Shown: positions 1 to 11,793, counted from the first letter of the stretch. The stretch is DNA of 64,000 nucleotides from Spongospora subterranea f. sp. subterranea (GCA_049724395.1 JAUGWO010000155.1:1-64000), one strand, 5' to 3'. Program-made: numbers and translations. The notes: generated from the letters alone by a model not told the origin.

Positions 1-1098
1 ATTCCTCGAGCATTACTTGTCCGACGACATGGTCGCAGTTTACCGAGATCGTTTCGAGTCCATACGGAAGTCGCCCAAGGAAACGGTCCTTGGTTTCGCC
101 GATCGATATCTGCAAGCAATGCGACTCGCCGAGCTGGATCCCAAGCTGGACGACCGCGTCACGCATCTCATCCACCGTCTTCCAGACTACGTTCGCAAGG
201 ATTTGCATCTGGTCAAGTTCACCCGGGCCGAGGCGCTGGCATCCGTCCAGTCGTTAGTTGACACCTTGACCGCGATTTGCCCAGGAGATCGGATGCAGCA
301 GCCAACTGGCGATCTTCAGTCCTCATCGCCATCCAGCAACGATCGCACCAAATGGTGCACCTACCACCGCTCCGCCGGCCATGATGACGCGTCCTGTCAG
401 GCGCAAATGAAGTCAGGGCCCGCGTCCAGCCAGAGCAGAAGGCCACGGAAATGGTGCCAATTCCACAATTCCTCCGCTCACGACTCCTCCGAGTGCAGGG
501 CGTCCCGCTCCACAGGGAACACGGCCTCGAGCCCGGCAACCGCTCTTCCGAAAACGTCGTCTAATCCTGCGCCGCCTACAGCCCGATCCCCGCCGATGCG
601 GTGCTTCAATTGTCAGTCAGCCACCCATTTCTCGAAACAGTGCCCGCTGCCTCCCCGAACGCAGTCTCGCCATCTGATGGACATCCCCGAGCCTGCCATC
701 GACACCACGGCCGACCCGTCGTCATACGACGCCACGGTCGACGACGTTCTGGACCTCTTCGACACGAGACCCGTTCGATTCATGCGTCATCCACTGACCA
801 TCACGCAACAGGGTTCTTCGTTCCTGTGGTGTTAGGCGACATTCTCCACGAGCCTGCCTATATTGACAGCGGCGCGTCCCACTCCAGCGTCCCCGAAGAT
901 GTGCTCGAGTTACTACCTCCCGTCCTTCGCAGAACGTTCATTGCCCCGCCGCCCAACAGCACCGTCTCGCTCGGAGCACTCGGCGTATCCGTTCCCCGGT
1001 TAGGGTCAATCGAGGTCCCGTTCACATGGGACTCCAAGCCGTTCGTCCATCGTTTTGAGATCGTCCAGCCCCCCAAAGGAATTAGGGTGATCATGTGA
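1..1098 (+). mobile_element. Ty3/Gypsy-type retrotransposon gag + aspartic protease remnant (partial at window start, truncated after protease)
   Basis: ORF 17..835 has capsid-like N-terminus, two CxxHx4Hx4C knuckles (CTYHRSAGHDDASC, CQFHNSSAHDSSEC) and a CCHC knuckle (CFNCQSATHFSKQC). Overlapping -1 frame ORF 601..1098 has retropepsin motif AYIDSGASHS. Ends abruptly at 1098. Confidence 0.85.
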
Positions 1099-1099
1099 A

Positions 1100-1326
1100 A
1101 ACAGAAATATCGCCAGACATCCTTGAAGGACTATATAAGATTAGATTCCACACATCAAATAGAAAAAAAGCGATCATGAAACACAAAAAAGGAAAACTAT
1201 TACCAAAGACCCAGATATGGAGCTGTGGACGGATGGAAGTGTAAAACGCGATCAGGGTGGAGGAGCAGCAGCACTTCTAATCGACAATCGCAAAAGGAAC
1301 GAAAACCCCAAATAGAGGCAGTGATC
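1100..1326 (+). pseudogene. RNase H N-terminal fragment (non-LTR retrotransposon-like)
   Basis: Manual translation from 1202: TKDPDMELWTDGSVKRDQGGGAAALLIDNRKRNENPK; WTDGS...GGGAAA is the first catalytic motif of RNase H. Confidence 0.65.
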
Positions 1327-1349
1327 CCAAAAAATTTGCTCTGACAAGC

Positions 1350-1940
1350 TCTCTGACACGCTTTCTAACACTTTCTCTGTTCATTGATATTCATCCAAAA
1401 CGACAACTAACAAATCTCATAAACACAACTTGAATCACTCTCTGACATCAATTCATCAATTTTCATCGCAACAACATCACACAAAACTCGAAAGCACAAC
1501 TTGAATCGCTTGTGACACTCTCTCTCTGTCACGTTCTTTGGCACCCTCTCTGACACTTTCTCTGTTCATTGATATTCATCCAAAACGACAACTAACAAAT
1601 CTCATAAACACAACTTGAATCACTCTCTGACATCAATTCATCGATTTCCATCGCAACAACATCACACAAAATTCGAAAGCACAACTTGAATCGCTTGTGA
1701 CACTCTCTCTTTGACACGTTCTTTGACACCCTCTCTGACACTTTCTCTGTTCATTGATATTTTATTCATCCAAAACGACAACTCACAAGACTCATAAACA
1801 CAACTTGAATCACTCTCTGACATCAATTAATCGATTTTCATCACAACATCATCTCACAAAACTCAAAAAACACAACTTGAATCGCTCTTTGACATCAATA
1901 CATCGATTTTGACACTCTCTGACACTCTCTCACTGACACC
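1350..1940. repeat. 185-bp tandem repeat, about 3.2 copies
   Basis: ctttctctgttcattgatatt recurs at 1371, 1556 and 1741. Internal sub-repeats cacaacttgaatc and ctctctgacac; strong A/C strand bias. Confidence 0.9.
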
Positions 1941-2239
1941 CTCTTTAAAACATCGCGCTCCAAAAATGATTCATCGAATTTCACCAATTTTGGGCATTTC
2001 ATAAGAGCATCTCCACCGGTCTCTCTATCTGAATCTCTAAACAGGAAAACTGCGCGGTTTAGAGAGCCACGGACATCCACCGGTCTCTCTATCTTCAAAT
2101 TCGTCTCCCTAAATTTTAGAGATTGTCATAATCCTCTCCAAAATAGAGAGTCGAGTAGAGAATCTCTAAAACAGAAATGCGCAGTCGCGCAGGATTTCAT
2201 CCGGGCTACGCTCATAGAGGTTTCCTCGTTGCTTCGCCA

Positions 2240-2983
2240 ATGGACCTCGTACCTGCAGCTGTGGAAACAACTGTTGTCAAACGGGGCAAGAATTTCCGGC
2301 CAGGAGAGAGCGCTATGCTTGCTTCTTGCTGGCTGGCTGTTTCATGCGATCCAATTAACGGCGCAGATCAGCAGGCCGATACATTTTGGCGAAAGGTTGC
2401 CTTGCAATTTGAGTCCGACAGAATGCCGTCAGATCCCTGTCGGTCGCAGCAGGCACTTCAGTGCCATTGGACAACCGTTCAGCGAAGCGTCAACAAGGTC
2501 TGCGGAATTGTCAACAAAATTCTTCACGACATTCCTTCCGGTTGGTCGGAAGAAAATGTAATGAGTGAATCGTTTTTGCGTTACAAAGATGCAGAAAAAA
2601 AAGACTTTAAGTACGTGGAGTCCTTCAAGGTTCTGAAATCAAGCCCAAAATTTAACGCTATCTCCTCAACACGTGCCCGTGTAACCTGTTGAGATAGAGC
2701 GAATGATGAGGGTTCTTTCGTAACTCCAGAACGTCCTATTGGGGCCAAACGCGCGAAAGTGGATAGGTCCTCCGTTCGCGACGAGAAAAGGTCTGAAATT
2801 CAGGCTGCTGCAGTAGCAATGGCTGAGGCTCAACGTCAAAGCAATGCGTTGCAGGCGGAGACGAACCGTTTGCTGGCAGAGAGGAACGATCTCAAGCTTT
2901 TTCAAGGTTCTGAAGATGGGGAAGAATACCTACGCTTACTGCGACAAAAGAAATTAGCCGAGCTTCGTCGGCAATTTCAGTAA
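2240..2983 (+). pseudogene. Harbinger Myb/SANT-like DNA-binding protein, frameshifted near 2690
   Basis: LASCWLAVSCDPINGADQQADTFWRKV...WTTVQRSVNKVCG, then in another frame ERPIGAKRAK...EEYLRLLRQKKLAEL. Confidence 0.85.
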
Positions 2984-3054
2984 ACAACAGCGAATATGGA
3001 ATGATACCGTTTGGCAGACGAAATTTATTTAAATTGGGCAAACAAAAAAAACGT

Positions 3055-4327
3055 TTATTCTTCATCATCAGTTGCAACTGCAGCGCCTTCAGGGTCCCAC
3101 AGATGCTCGACCAGATCGAACTGCAGTTGAGTGTGCTGATTTTGACAACGGATTTGACGGAGCACCGATCGTTGCTGGAGATTTTCGTAAGGTACGCGGC
3201 TACCTGGGACAATCCGACATGGAGCAACCCCCTCTTCGAAAAGAAAATCAGGATTTAGTTCACCCCGTTCGTCTTCGATGATCATATTATGTAAAATAAT
3301 CGTGGCGATAATGGTTTGCTTCATTAGGTCTACATTCCAAAGCTTGCATGGGCTGTGGACAATTCGAAACCGTGCCTGCAAAACCCCGAAGGCCCTTTCA
3401 ACATCCTTTCTGGCTGCTTCCTGACACTTAGCGAAATGTTTTTCTTGTTTCCTATGGGGTTAGAAATGGTTTTCACGAACGTTGCCCAGCTTGGATAAAT
3501 TCCATCTGCCAACAGATATACGTCATTCCATATTCGTTGTTGTTAACTGTAAAGCTTGCCCTAGGAGATTCGCCTGTAAGAAAATCCGCGAATAATGAAG
3601 ACCTGTCCAGGACATTGATGTCATTATTTGAGCTTGGCATGCCGAAAAAGGCGTGCCAAATCCATAAATCTTGAGTAGCGACCGCCTCGAGCACAATTGT
3701 CGGTTTCTTATAGCGGCCTTGATACATGCCTGCCCATGCTTTGGGACAGTTTTGCCATCCCCAATGCATACAATCTACGGAACCCATCATTCCTGGAAAT
3801 CCTCTCGATGCATTTGTTGTCAATATACGTTGGATGTCTTCTTCATTGGGGTATCTTAGATATTCATCCCCGAACACCCTGATCACAGCAGAAACAAATC
3901 GTTCAAGGCTAAGCAAGATTGTACTTTCTGCCATGCGTAGGTTTCGTCCAAACTATCCGCCGACGATCCATAAGCCATGACACGAAGAGCAGCAGTTATT
4001 TTTTGGAATCTTGACAGACCAAGTAGTCCAGTAACATCGCGACGTTGCCGAAAATATGAATCCGTCTCAACGACACGCTGTTGGATTCGTAGCAACAAGT
4101 CTCGTCGCATTCGATATCGTCGACGAAATTGAGCTGGCGTATACACTGGATCCGCAGCAAAATAGTCGGCATATAATCGATTGTGCCCTAAGATCCTATC
4201 CCTGTTGATGTGTCCAGACCGTCCTGGAGCAGAACCTCCATTGATGCGTTGGTCATCATCTTCGCTGTCGGAATCGAGCTTATCTCATTGCAGAAGAAGG
4301 CTGACAAATGCGTTATTTAACAGTCAT
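3055..4327 (-). pseudogene. Harbinger/Pong DDE transposase with several frameshifts
   Basis: Fragments: NRLYADYFAADPVYTPAQFRRRYRM; RGFPGMMGSVDCMHWGWQNCPKAWAG; DLWIWHAFFGMPSSNNDINVLDRS; ADGIYPSWATFVKTI; IILHNMIIEDE. Confidence 0.9.
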
Positions 4328-5506
4328 GATGAAATATAGAGATAGAGAGTGCACCGGTGTGTGCACGTCTGGCTATACACCGAATCACGCACATTTTGAC
4401 TCTCCAAACGCGATATTTTAGAGATACAGATAGAGAGACCGGTGGAGATGCTCTAATACCGTAAATCGACACTTGTCTGAATAAACACTTTGATCACGCT
4501 CCAAAACCGATTTCATCAAACTTCACCAACTATGGCCAATTCATAAAACCACTTTAACCAGGATAAAACAACAATTTCGTCGACTTTCACATCGACGAAA
4601 ATCACAAAATTAGAACCCCAAAATTTGTGGTCATGTTATGGATATGGATCGATGAATTAGACTTGAGAGACTGACGTCAGGTTGTTAATTGTGGTCCTTG
4701 ATTGTTTTATTCTATCCCAGTTAAAAAATACTTGGCCACTCCTGGCCAAACAAATTCCATACCTGGAAAACAGTTTGTCCAAGCCACAGAAAATTAGACC
4801 TGCCACAAATACGGAGGCAGGCCACTTTCTCGCCACAATCGGCTGTCTTCGGGGTTGTGCTCAAGAACACAAACTGGCTCCATCAAATGGCAACTATCGC
4901 GCAACAAACTAGAATTTGGTGTTACCAAGATCGTGGTGCTCAATCAATATAAAACAAACCGCGAATCAAAGGTCCTTCAGGTTGCAGAGAGAGTTTGAAA
5001 TGTGCCGCATCTGAATCTCAGAATGAAAGGGACAAACACGGATTGGTGAGATGGTCTGACATGCAAAGTATAAAGAGGGTGCGATGGAAACTGACGGGAA
5101 CTTGGGGACGATAATTGTTAAAAATGAAAACGTACAGCGCATGACAACTCAGTCCTAACTCGGTAATTGCAATTTAATCTTCGAGTTTGAGCAGACAGTA
5201 ACCCAAACTGGATGAGAGAGATATTAATACGTCGACGAACCCATTTCGAAAATTAAAGGTACAACGAGGATTCAGCACCGGCGCGCCATTTCAACCAGGC
5301 CAACGCAGCACCAGCAACTATGACGCCTTAAAACGCAACAGAAAGCGTTAAACGCTCTGAGAGCGTCAAAATGATTTTGTCTTTGATCAAATTGAAAATC
5401 GGGGTTTTTATCTTGATAAAAAAGATGGTGTCGTTTGTTTTAGGTGAGCCACCACCATCCTCGAAGTAATCTATACTAGCTTGGTTCTGTCAAAACGATT
5501 TTGTCT

Positions 5507-5921
5507 GTCCCGGTTGGTGGCAGGTTAGGACCAAGTCAGTGTGAGACTTGAGTTCGAAAACCCCGTGGGCAGGGATTTTGGGGAAAACCCTAAAATTTGG
5601 CTGATACGGAAGTAGAGCGCAGGTTGTTGAGCATGCGAGGAACGAACCTCTTGAAAATAGACAGCTGATTTGTAAATGATGCGACTTGAGTTCAAGGCAT
5701 TGTGGTGTTCCATACAGGGAATTTCCCCCGTGTCCAATGGTTAGGGGGTTTTAGTGAGTACCTCACTCTATCACAATGTCGGTCAGACTGCAGAACATTC
5801 AGCGAAGGTAATATTGTCTAGCGAATGAGCTTTGACACCAAGTTCGTCTTGGCCCTCATGTAGATATGGGTACTACAAACCTGGCACCAAAATGCCGAAC
5901 ACAATCACCAAAAACAAAAAG
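5507..5921 (+). mobile_element. Candidate tRNA-derived SINE, copy 1
   Basis: A-box-like TGGCAGGTTAGG (5518) and B-box-like GAGTTCGAAAAC (5550). A-rich tail 5910-5920. TTGTCT on both flanks (5501-5506, 5922-5927). Body repeated at 9255-9570. Confidence 0.45.
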
Positions 5922-6219
5922 TTGTCTATACTGATGTAGACGTAGACGATGCGACTGGATAACAGGGGTCCACCTGATCAGTGTATACCGATGTATAGGA
6001 CAATAGGGCAATTGAACTTCAATTGTCCTAACGATCAATTATTGAACGAGAGTTACTGTTGTCATTGCATATCCTGTTCTCAAAATATTTCTTCAAAACT
6101 TGTCATCATCAAACAATTTCTCGTGATTGCGCTTTGCATTTTTTCTGTTTATTTTGAGATATTTCCGCAACTGAGTGTTTGTGTTGTAATTTGAGGCATC
6201 TTTCAAACCCTTTTTTCTT

Positions 6220-6817
6220 CTAATTGGAAGGCAATTGGCTTTCATTATCTTCATTCGGTTTGTTCAAAACGCGGAGTGCTGTTTCAAACAAGTCATTCTC
6301 GTCGTACGTGGTGGCCTTCTCTTCCACTGATAATGAACCTTGATTATGCGCAGAAACCTCTTCTTGATTGTGACCATTGAGTTTGAAATCGCAAAAACGT
6401 TCCTGCAACAATTTCAACGAACTAGCAAGCTGATCATTGTTGCATGGCTGGGGACCATTGAGGAATCCATTTTTCCAAAGGTTCTCTATCCCAGAAGTTG
6501 TGGCAGTCTCTTCGTCTTCAAGAAAATGGGACGCCAAGGCAGTTCTGGTAGTCTCTTCGTCTTCAAGCAGAAAGGACACAAAGGCTTCAACGCCATCCTC
6601 CATTTGTGAAAACTAATGCGTCAATTTCTTGTATTCGATCCCTCATTCGGCCCTCGTCGTTTATCGGTTCCTGGTTGTCATCATTCTGCCCTATTTCATT
6701 GTGATCAACAGGCGAGTGCTCCTGATTCAGTTGGGTCTCATCGTCCGATAATCCAATCACTTGTACAACACCGAACACTAGAGCGATTCCAAACACGAAT
6801 ACGATTGAAGCCTTCAT
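6220..6817 (-). pseudogene. Acidic putative secreted protein, frame break near 6600
   Basis: ORF 6587..6817 starts with a signal-peptide-like MKASIVFVFGIALVFGVVQVIG and continues in ORF 6220..6603 with duplicated LEDEET motif. Confidence 0.5.
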
Positions 6818-6869
6818 AGTTCCAACAATTCGATAATGATTGAAAACGTGAACTACCTACTGTAGGTGG

Positions 6870-9254
6870 TAGGGGTGGGCACAAGTCGGTCAATGGTTAA
6901 CCGGTCCCAAAAAAACACCGGACCGGTTAACCAGTTAATTAACCGGTTAACCAACCAGTTAACCGGTTAATTTAAAATTTAACGACAAACTCCATAAATA
7001 TATTTATTTAATCAAACTTGCCGATCAAACGGTTCCACGACCGTAATTTCATCATCACCGTTATGTTCTCGTCAGATAACATTGTGCGATCGGCACTAAC
7101 AAAATCACCAGAATCAGAGAAGGCTGATTCCGAAGCGACAGACGACCCCATTATCATCAGGAGTATCACGAGCCAGAAGGCTTAGCTTCGGGAAGCGCCC
7201 AGTCTGCTGCTTCCACCACGCGACTGGACATTTACACGACTTATCGGCCTTCAAAGTCATGAAGCAGAAGTCTTCCACTTCATCCGTGACAACGTCCTGC
7301 TGTGGGTCCGACAGGGAAGCAAACAGATTGAATGCTGTTGAGTCCATGTCCTCCTGCTGAACAGGCAAATAACCATAATCAGTAGCTAAGATTTCTCGGA
7401 TTAATCGCTTCGTTTCCTCAGACGCATCAGAGCTGCTTCGTCTTGGATCCAAGAACAAAGCGATGGTAGCCGTGTTGTTGTTCAGGTTCCCGGAATACTT
7501 CTCAAGCTTGTATAGCATCGCCTCTGCCGCAGCTTTAACTTTGGGGGTTGTGAACCCTGTAGTTGTAGTGCCTGAAATGGTAGACTCACATAGGCTTTTT
7601 AGATGTGAGTAGATCAATGGCTGCATGGCAAGCGTGACGAAATTTTGACCACTTGCAGCCTTTGTGCACTGATACGCCGAAGACAGGAAATCTTTGCAGG
7701 ATTTGAGAATGCGCCAATCCATGTCTGACAATTTCAACGGCCCAAGCTTGTCCAGGAACTCCTCTTGATTGCAGATAGCCTCCAAAATGTCTTTATTCTT
7801 GAAGGAATCTTCAACCATCAAGAACATAGAGTTCCATCTAGTTTCGACATCTAGATTCGGCACAACTTGCTTTGTTGCCCGACCAAGCACTACACTGAGA
7901 TCAGCATATTTTTGACGGATCATCCCTGAACCTCGAACCATCTTCAGCAGATCTCGGAGCAATGAAACCTCACGTTTGATTAGCGCAGTCGCGTCAACAA
8001 CAGCTCGGTTTATCACATGGCAAACACAGCGCATATGAAAGTCGATTGTACTGCAGAAATTTAACGCCAACTCACGCTGGAGATAGGAGTGAACAAGTTT
8101 GATGGCTGGAACCATCTCGCCACCACTATCCGACGTGATCGCGCGAACTTTTGTATGGATATTAAATTCCTTCAAAATCGTGATTATCAAGTCACTTGTG
8201 GTATGCTGGTTATGAGGACGAGGAAAATATTTAAATTCCAACACAGCATTTTTCAAGCACCTGGTAGTACATCTTTCGTCTATCCAGTGCATTGTGATAA
8301 CCAAATACCCCTTCATGACTCTTGAAGACCATCCATCTAACGTGAGTGCTACTTGGCCAGGAATGCGCTCGATTTGTAACAAAAAGCTTTGCAGGGCTTC
8401 TGCATATTCGTCATGCAAGGACCTCACGAAAGTACGACGGCTAGGCAAGATAAATCTGCGGTTCATTTTGCTGCAGAAGATTGCAAACGACTTGGACTCA
8501 ACCAAACGGAAGGGTTGCTTGTTATCAACAACAAACTCCACCAAAGATTTCAGCAGTTCCGCCTTCTTTTCATCATCCATCGCCAGAGGATCCACCACAT
8601 TACCAGTTACATCCAGAGTACTCTGGTTGGGATCTCCTGTTTTGCCATCTTGCTTGAGTTTGTGGGCGACCTCAAGATGACGTTTAAGCGAGCTATTTCC
8701 GGTTCTGATAGAATAGATCTTTCGCTTTTTGCTGGAACACTGAGAGCAGATGATGCCAGTATCGCGTTTTTCAAAATAATTCCAAATCCAAGAAGAGTTG
8801 GCAGATAATTTGCGCTTACGACCACAGTTGGTAACCTTTGAAGTTACTGTTTGCGATGGAACAGTAATAGCACCATCAGTGGGCAAAGTCTCCAAATCTG
8901 AATTGGAAGAACAGCTACTACGATCGAGGGAATAGGAATCACTCATTATTGAAGCAAGGCAGTTGAAAGATATACAGTAGACAAAATTAATTGAAAAATG
9001 GTGTGTATTGACTAGTGATTGCCGATTGCTAATTGCGAGGTCAGAAAAATGCCGTACGAAAGTTTTAACGATATTAGGGGTGACCTACATAGTCTGAATA
9101 AGGCGTTGGGTTCAGAAAATCCAACTTCTATTTTTGCAAGATTTGACCGGTTAACCGGGCGGTTAACCGGTTACAAAAAAAGCGTTAACCGGTTAACCGG
9201 GACCGTAGGTTAACCGGTTAACTCCGGACTTTAACCGAAATGTGCCCACCCCTA
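6870..9254 (-). mobile_element. hAT DNA transposon
   Basis: 14-bp perfect TIR TAGGGGTGGGCACA (6870-6883; 9241-9254). Clustered GGTTAACC subterminal repeats at both ends. Transposase inside. No matching 8-bp TSD. Confidence 0.92.
7008..8946 (-). CDS. hAT transposase (BED finger, DDE core, dimerisation domain) with one frameshift near 7165
   Basis: WIWNYF..CSQC..LKRHLEVAH (BED); ALTLDGWS; MRCVCHVIN; DVETRWNS; WWKQQTGRFPKLSLLARD; then shifted-frame LMIMGSSVASESAFS...KLRSWNRLIGKFD, stop at 7008. Confidence 0.9.
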
Positions 9255-9570
9255 GCGCAGGTTGTTGAGCTTGCGAGGAACGAACCTCTTGAAAAATAGA
9301 CAGCTGATTTGTAATGAAGCGACTTGGGTTCAAGGCACTGTGGTGTGCCATACAGGGAATTTCCCTTTTGTCCAATGGTTATGGGGTTTTAGTAGGTCGG
9401 GTCATGGGATCAACCTCACACTATCACAATGTCGGTCAGACTGCAGAACATTCAGCGAAGGTAATATTGTCTAGCGAATGAGCTTTGACACCAAGTTCGT
9501 CTTGGCCCTCTTGTAGGTATGGGGACTACAAACCTGCCACCAAAATGCCGAAAACAATCACAAAAAAAAA
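9255..9570 (+). repeat. Second, 5'-truncated copy of the 5617-5920 repeat (candidate SINE), ending in an A9 run
   Basis: gcgcaggttgttgagc...caaaatgccgaa(c/a)acaatcac aligns with 5617-5910; starts exactly at the hAT right TIR. Confidence 0.85.
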
Positions 9571-9800
9571 TCGTTAAATTAGGACCGAAAGTGACATCCT
9601 CGTATGAATGTGAAATTATCGCACTGAACAAAGGATTGGACATAGCAATTTGAAAAAAACTATCGAGACACAACAATTCACATTATGACGGATTCCCAAT
9701 CATGGATGAACCAGCTAAAATTACTACCGACAAAGCCAAGAAGAATTAAAGCCGTCGTTGCCGAATGTGCGAAAATATGGCAGAGCTAACCAACTAGAAC
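9570..9800 (+). pseudogene. RNase H central/C-terminal fragment (non-LTR-like)
   Basis: IVKLGPKVTSSYECEIIALNKGLDIA / YRDTTIHIMTDSQSWMNQLK: second (E) and third (D, TDSQS) catalytic motifs. Confidence 0.65.
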
Positions 9801-10558
9801 CAAGTAGGAATGTACCCGACATGGATAAGAGTGAATTTGTAGACCACCTGATTCAACCGCCAAAAACAATCAACATAGGAAGGAGCGAAGAAATTGACGA
9901 AATCGCAAAACAAGCAATAGAAACAGAATATGATATAGATCATCATCCAATCTTGTCGCCGTTTGAACTACAATTGAGGCAGACGGAAACCCAAAATCGA
10001 GACCAATATATTGATGTGACAACAGGACCCCGAAGCCCGCCGCGGTCTCGGTACTGTAACGACAGCTTCATCCTGCTCGTGGTCCCGTAACGACAGCTTC
10101 ATGTACCTGCTCTCGGTCCTGTAACGACACCTGTATGTCCATTGTTAATAATGAATCACTGTTAAGAACTCCTGTAATCCTGTATGTATACATCTTCACC
10201 TATACCACTGGCTTTACTTTATAAAAAGTCAGTACAGTTGTCGTTCTGCATCCTGACTGGGAACAAAGTGAATCTGATTCGATGTAGGACGAGCCCTGAA
10301 TGTAAAAAGGAGTTAACATTGTCACGTGTGTTTGATGGAACAAAACAAAGAACTAAATAGCTTCCCCATTCCTTAACAGGTTCTTCACGTCTATTTTCGG
10401 CCATGTCACATTCAGAAAAGGAAGATGGTCAGTTTTCATTAACTCACTATTTGCCAACTGTGCAGAAAGAGAAAGATGCGTAAATATCAGCTGCGGCGAT
10501 GAATCACTAGTGTGATATTGATTGTACCAAATGCCCCATTTTTGTCAACGAAATGAAC

Positions 10559-11005
10559 GTGTTGGAGAGTTTCGTGTTTGGCTGCGGTGGTGGCAACAAC
10601 GGACAGCGGAGGGCACAGGTGACCGACAGGCTTTTTCAGTTAAACCCAGATTTGCGGAGTCCCAGCAAAAGTTCTACAGTATCGGACAAGAATTTGCCTT
10701 GACGATTGTGTGACACCAGAGTGTCGTCTTCGGGTTTTGGTTTTGCTTTTCCTTGCTCCATTATCTCGAGTTTGCTGTCCGTTCGTGCCAATCGCCACGG
10801 TGGCCGACACTCTGGTTGTCTCACAATCGTCAAGGCAAATTTCTGTCCGTCCATTCGGATATACTGTAGAACTGTTGTTGGTCACTGCAGCAAATCTGGG
10901 TTTAACCGAAAACCCTGCCATATGACCATGTGCCCTCCGCTGTGGGGACTATCGCTCAGTTGTTGCCACCACCGCAGCTAAAGGTGACACGAAATTCTCC
11001 AATAC
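10559..11005. mobile_element. Non-autonomous fold-back/MITE-like element
   Basis: Imperfect inverted arms ~10559-10726 and ~10805-11005 (ttggagagtttcgtgt / acacgaaattctccaa; ttgccttgacgattgtg / cacaatcgtcaaggcaa), ~80-bp spacer, no coding capacity. Confidence 0.7.
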
Positions 11006-11109
11006 TACTGTGCAATCGGTTTGTAGTAAAGATGTATCGGTCGATGAGTGATGGACATTGTTATATCGTTAACGGATACACTCAATTTTGAATCTTTTTG
11101 AACGGGCCA

Positions 11110-11200
11110 GACTGGATCAAAATCACCAGTGGTGGCGTTCAATTCAAAAGACTGGATCAAATCACCAGTGGTGGCGTTCATTTCAAAAGACTGGATCAAA
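11110..11200. repeat. 39-40-bp tandem repeat, about 2.3 copies
   Basis: gactggatcaaa(a)tcaccagtggtggcgttca(a/t)ttcaaaa repeated. Confidence 0.85.
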
Positions 11201-11793
11201 GCATCGATTAAAAATAACAAATTCGCAATCTTTTCTGGGGCGTTTCGACCAAAAACATTGTTGGCTTCTTACCCAGTACGGTCAAAACAGGTATTGCCTC
11301 CATAGTTTGCGACATTCAGAATCGGTGAGGTCTTGTGCCATTCTCACTAACTCCAGGACCGATATCGGAGTTGAGAATACGAAAATGCAGTCAGCCTCAG
11401 TTGTTCTGATGTCAAAGCCTGCCCCAACCCAATTCGCAATGAAAGGGAGAGGAGAAACAACAACGAGCGAGGGAAGAACGGATCACGATTTGAGGGTGTC
11501 ACGGTCGGGGATGTGATGTTATTTGAATAACACCTTGACCGTTGCCCTTCAGGTGAATTATGGCAATAGACTCCCTCGACCGTTATCGTCAATTTGAACA
11601 TTCGATTCTATTGTGATTATTGGCTGTTGTTATAACATTCACAATCCGTATTTCATAACTCATTTTCAGTATTTCAACAAATCAGTTCTGTCCCAAGTCC
11701 ACAAGTCGATTTATCGTGATGCGTTTTCCCATTGATATTCAGTAATTGGGTTTGTGTCAAACGTTTTACGCGCATTGGAGGATCAACCAATAT

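Larger units (their letters stand above)
2005..4453. mobile_element. PIF/Harbinger (Pong-like) DNA transposon, full length, decayed
   Basis: 37-bp TIRs GAGCATCTCCACCGGTCTCTCTATCTG(A/T)ATCTCTAAA at 2005 and ending 4453 (1 mismatch). TAA TSD at 2002-2004 and 4454-4456. Encodes a Myb-like protein and a DDE nuclease tail-to-tail. Confidence 0.95.

Noticed and set aside
1350..1940. Tandem repeats as a CRISPR array
   Set aside because: The units repeat in full with no unique spacers, there are no cas genes, and the context is eukaryotic. The same applies to 11110-11200.
5507..5575. Functional tRNA gene
   Set aside because: Only box-like motifs; I could not fold a convincing cloverleaf. Kept only as a possible SINE head.
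10015..10200. Solo LTR starting TGTGACA with internal gtaacgac repeats
   Set aside because: No second copy, no matching TSD, and the right boundary is unclear.
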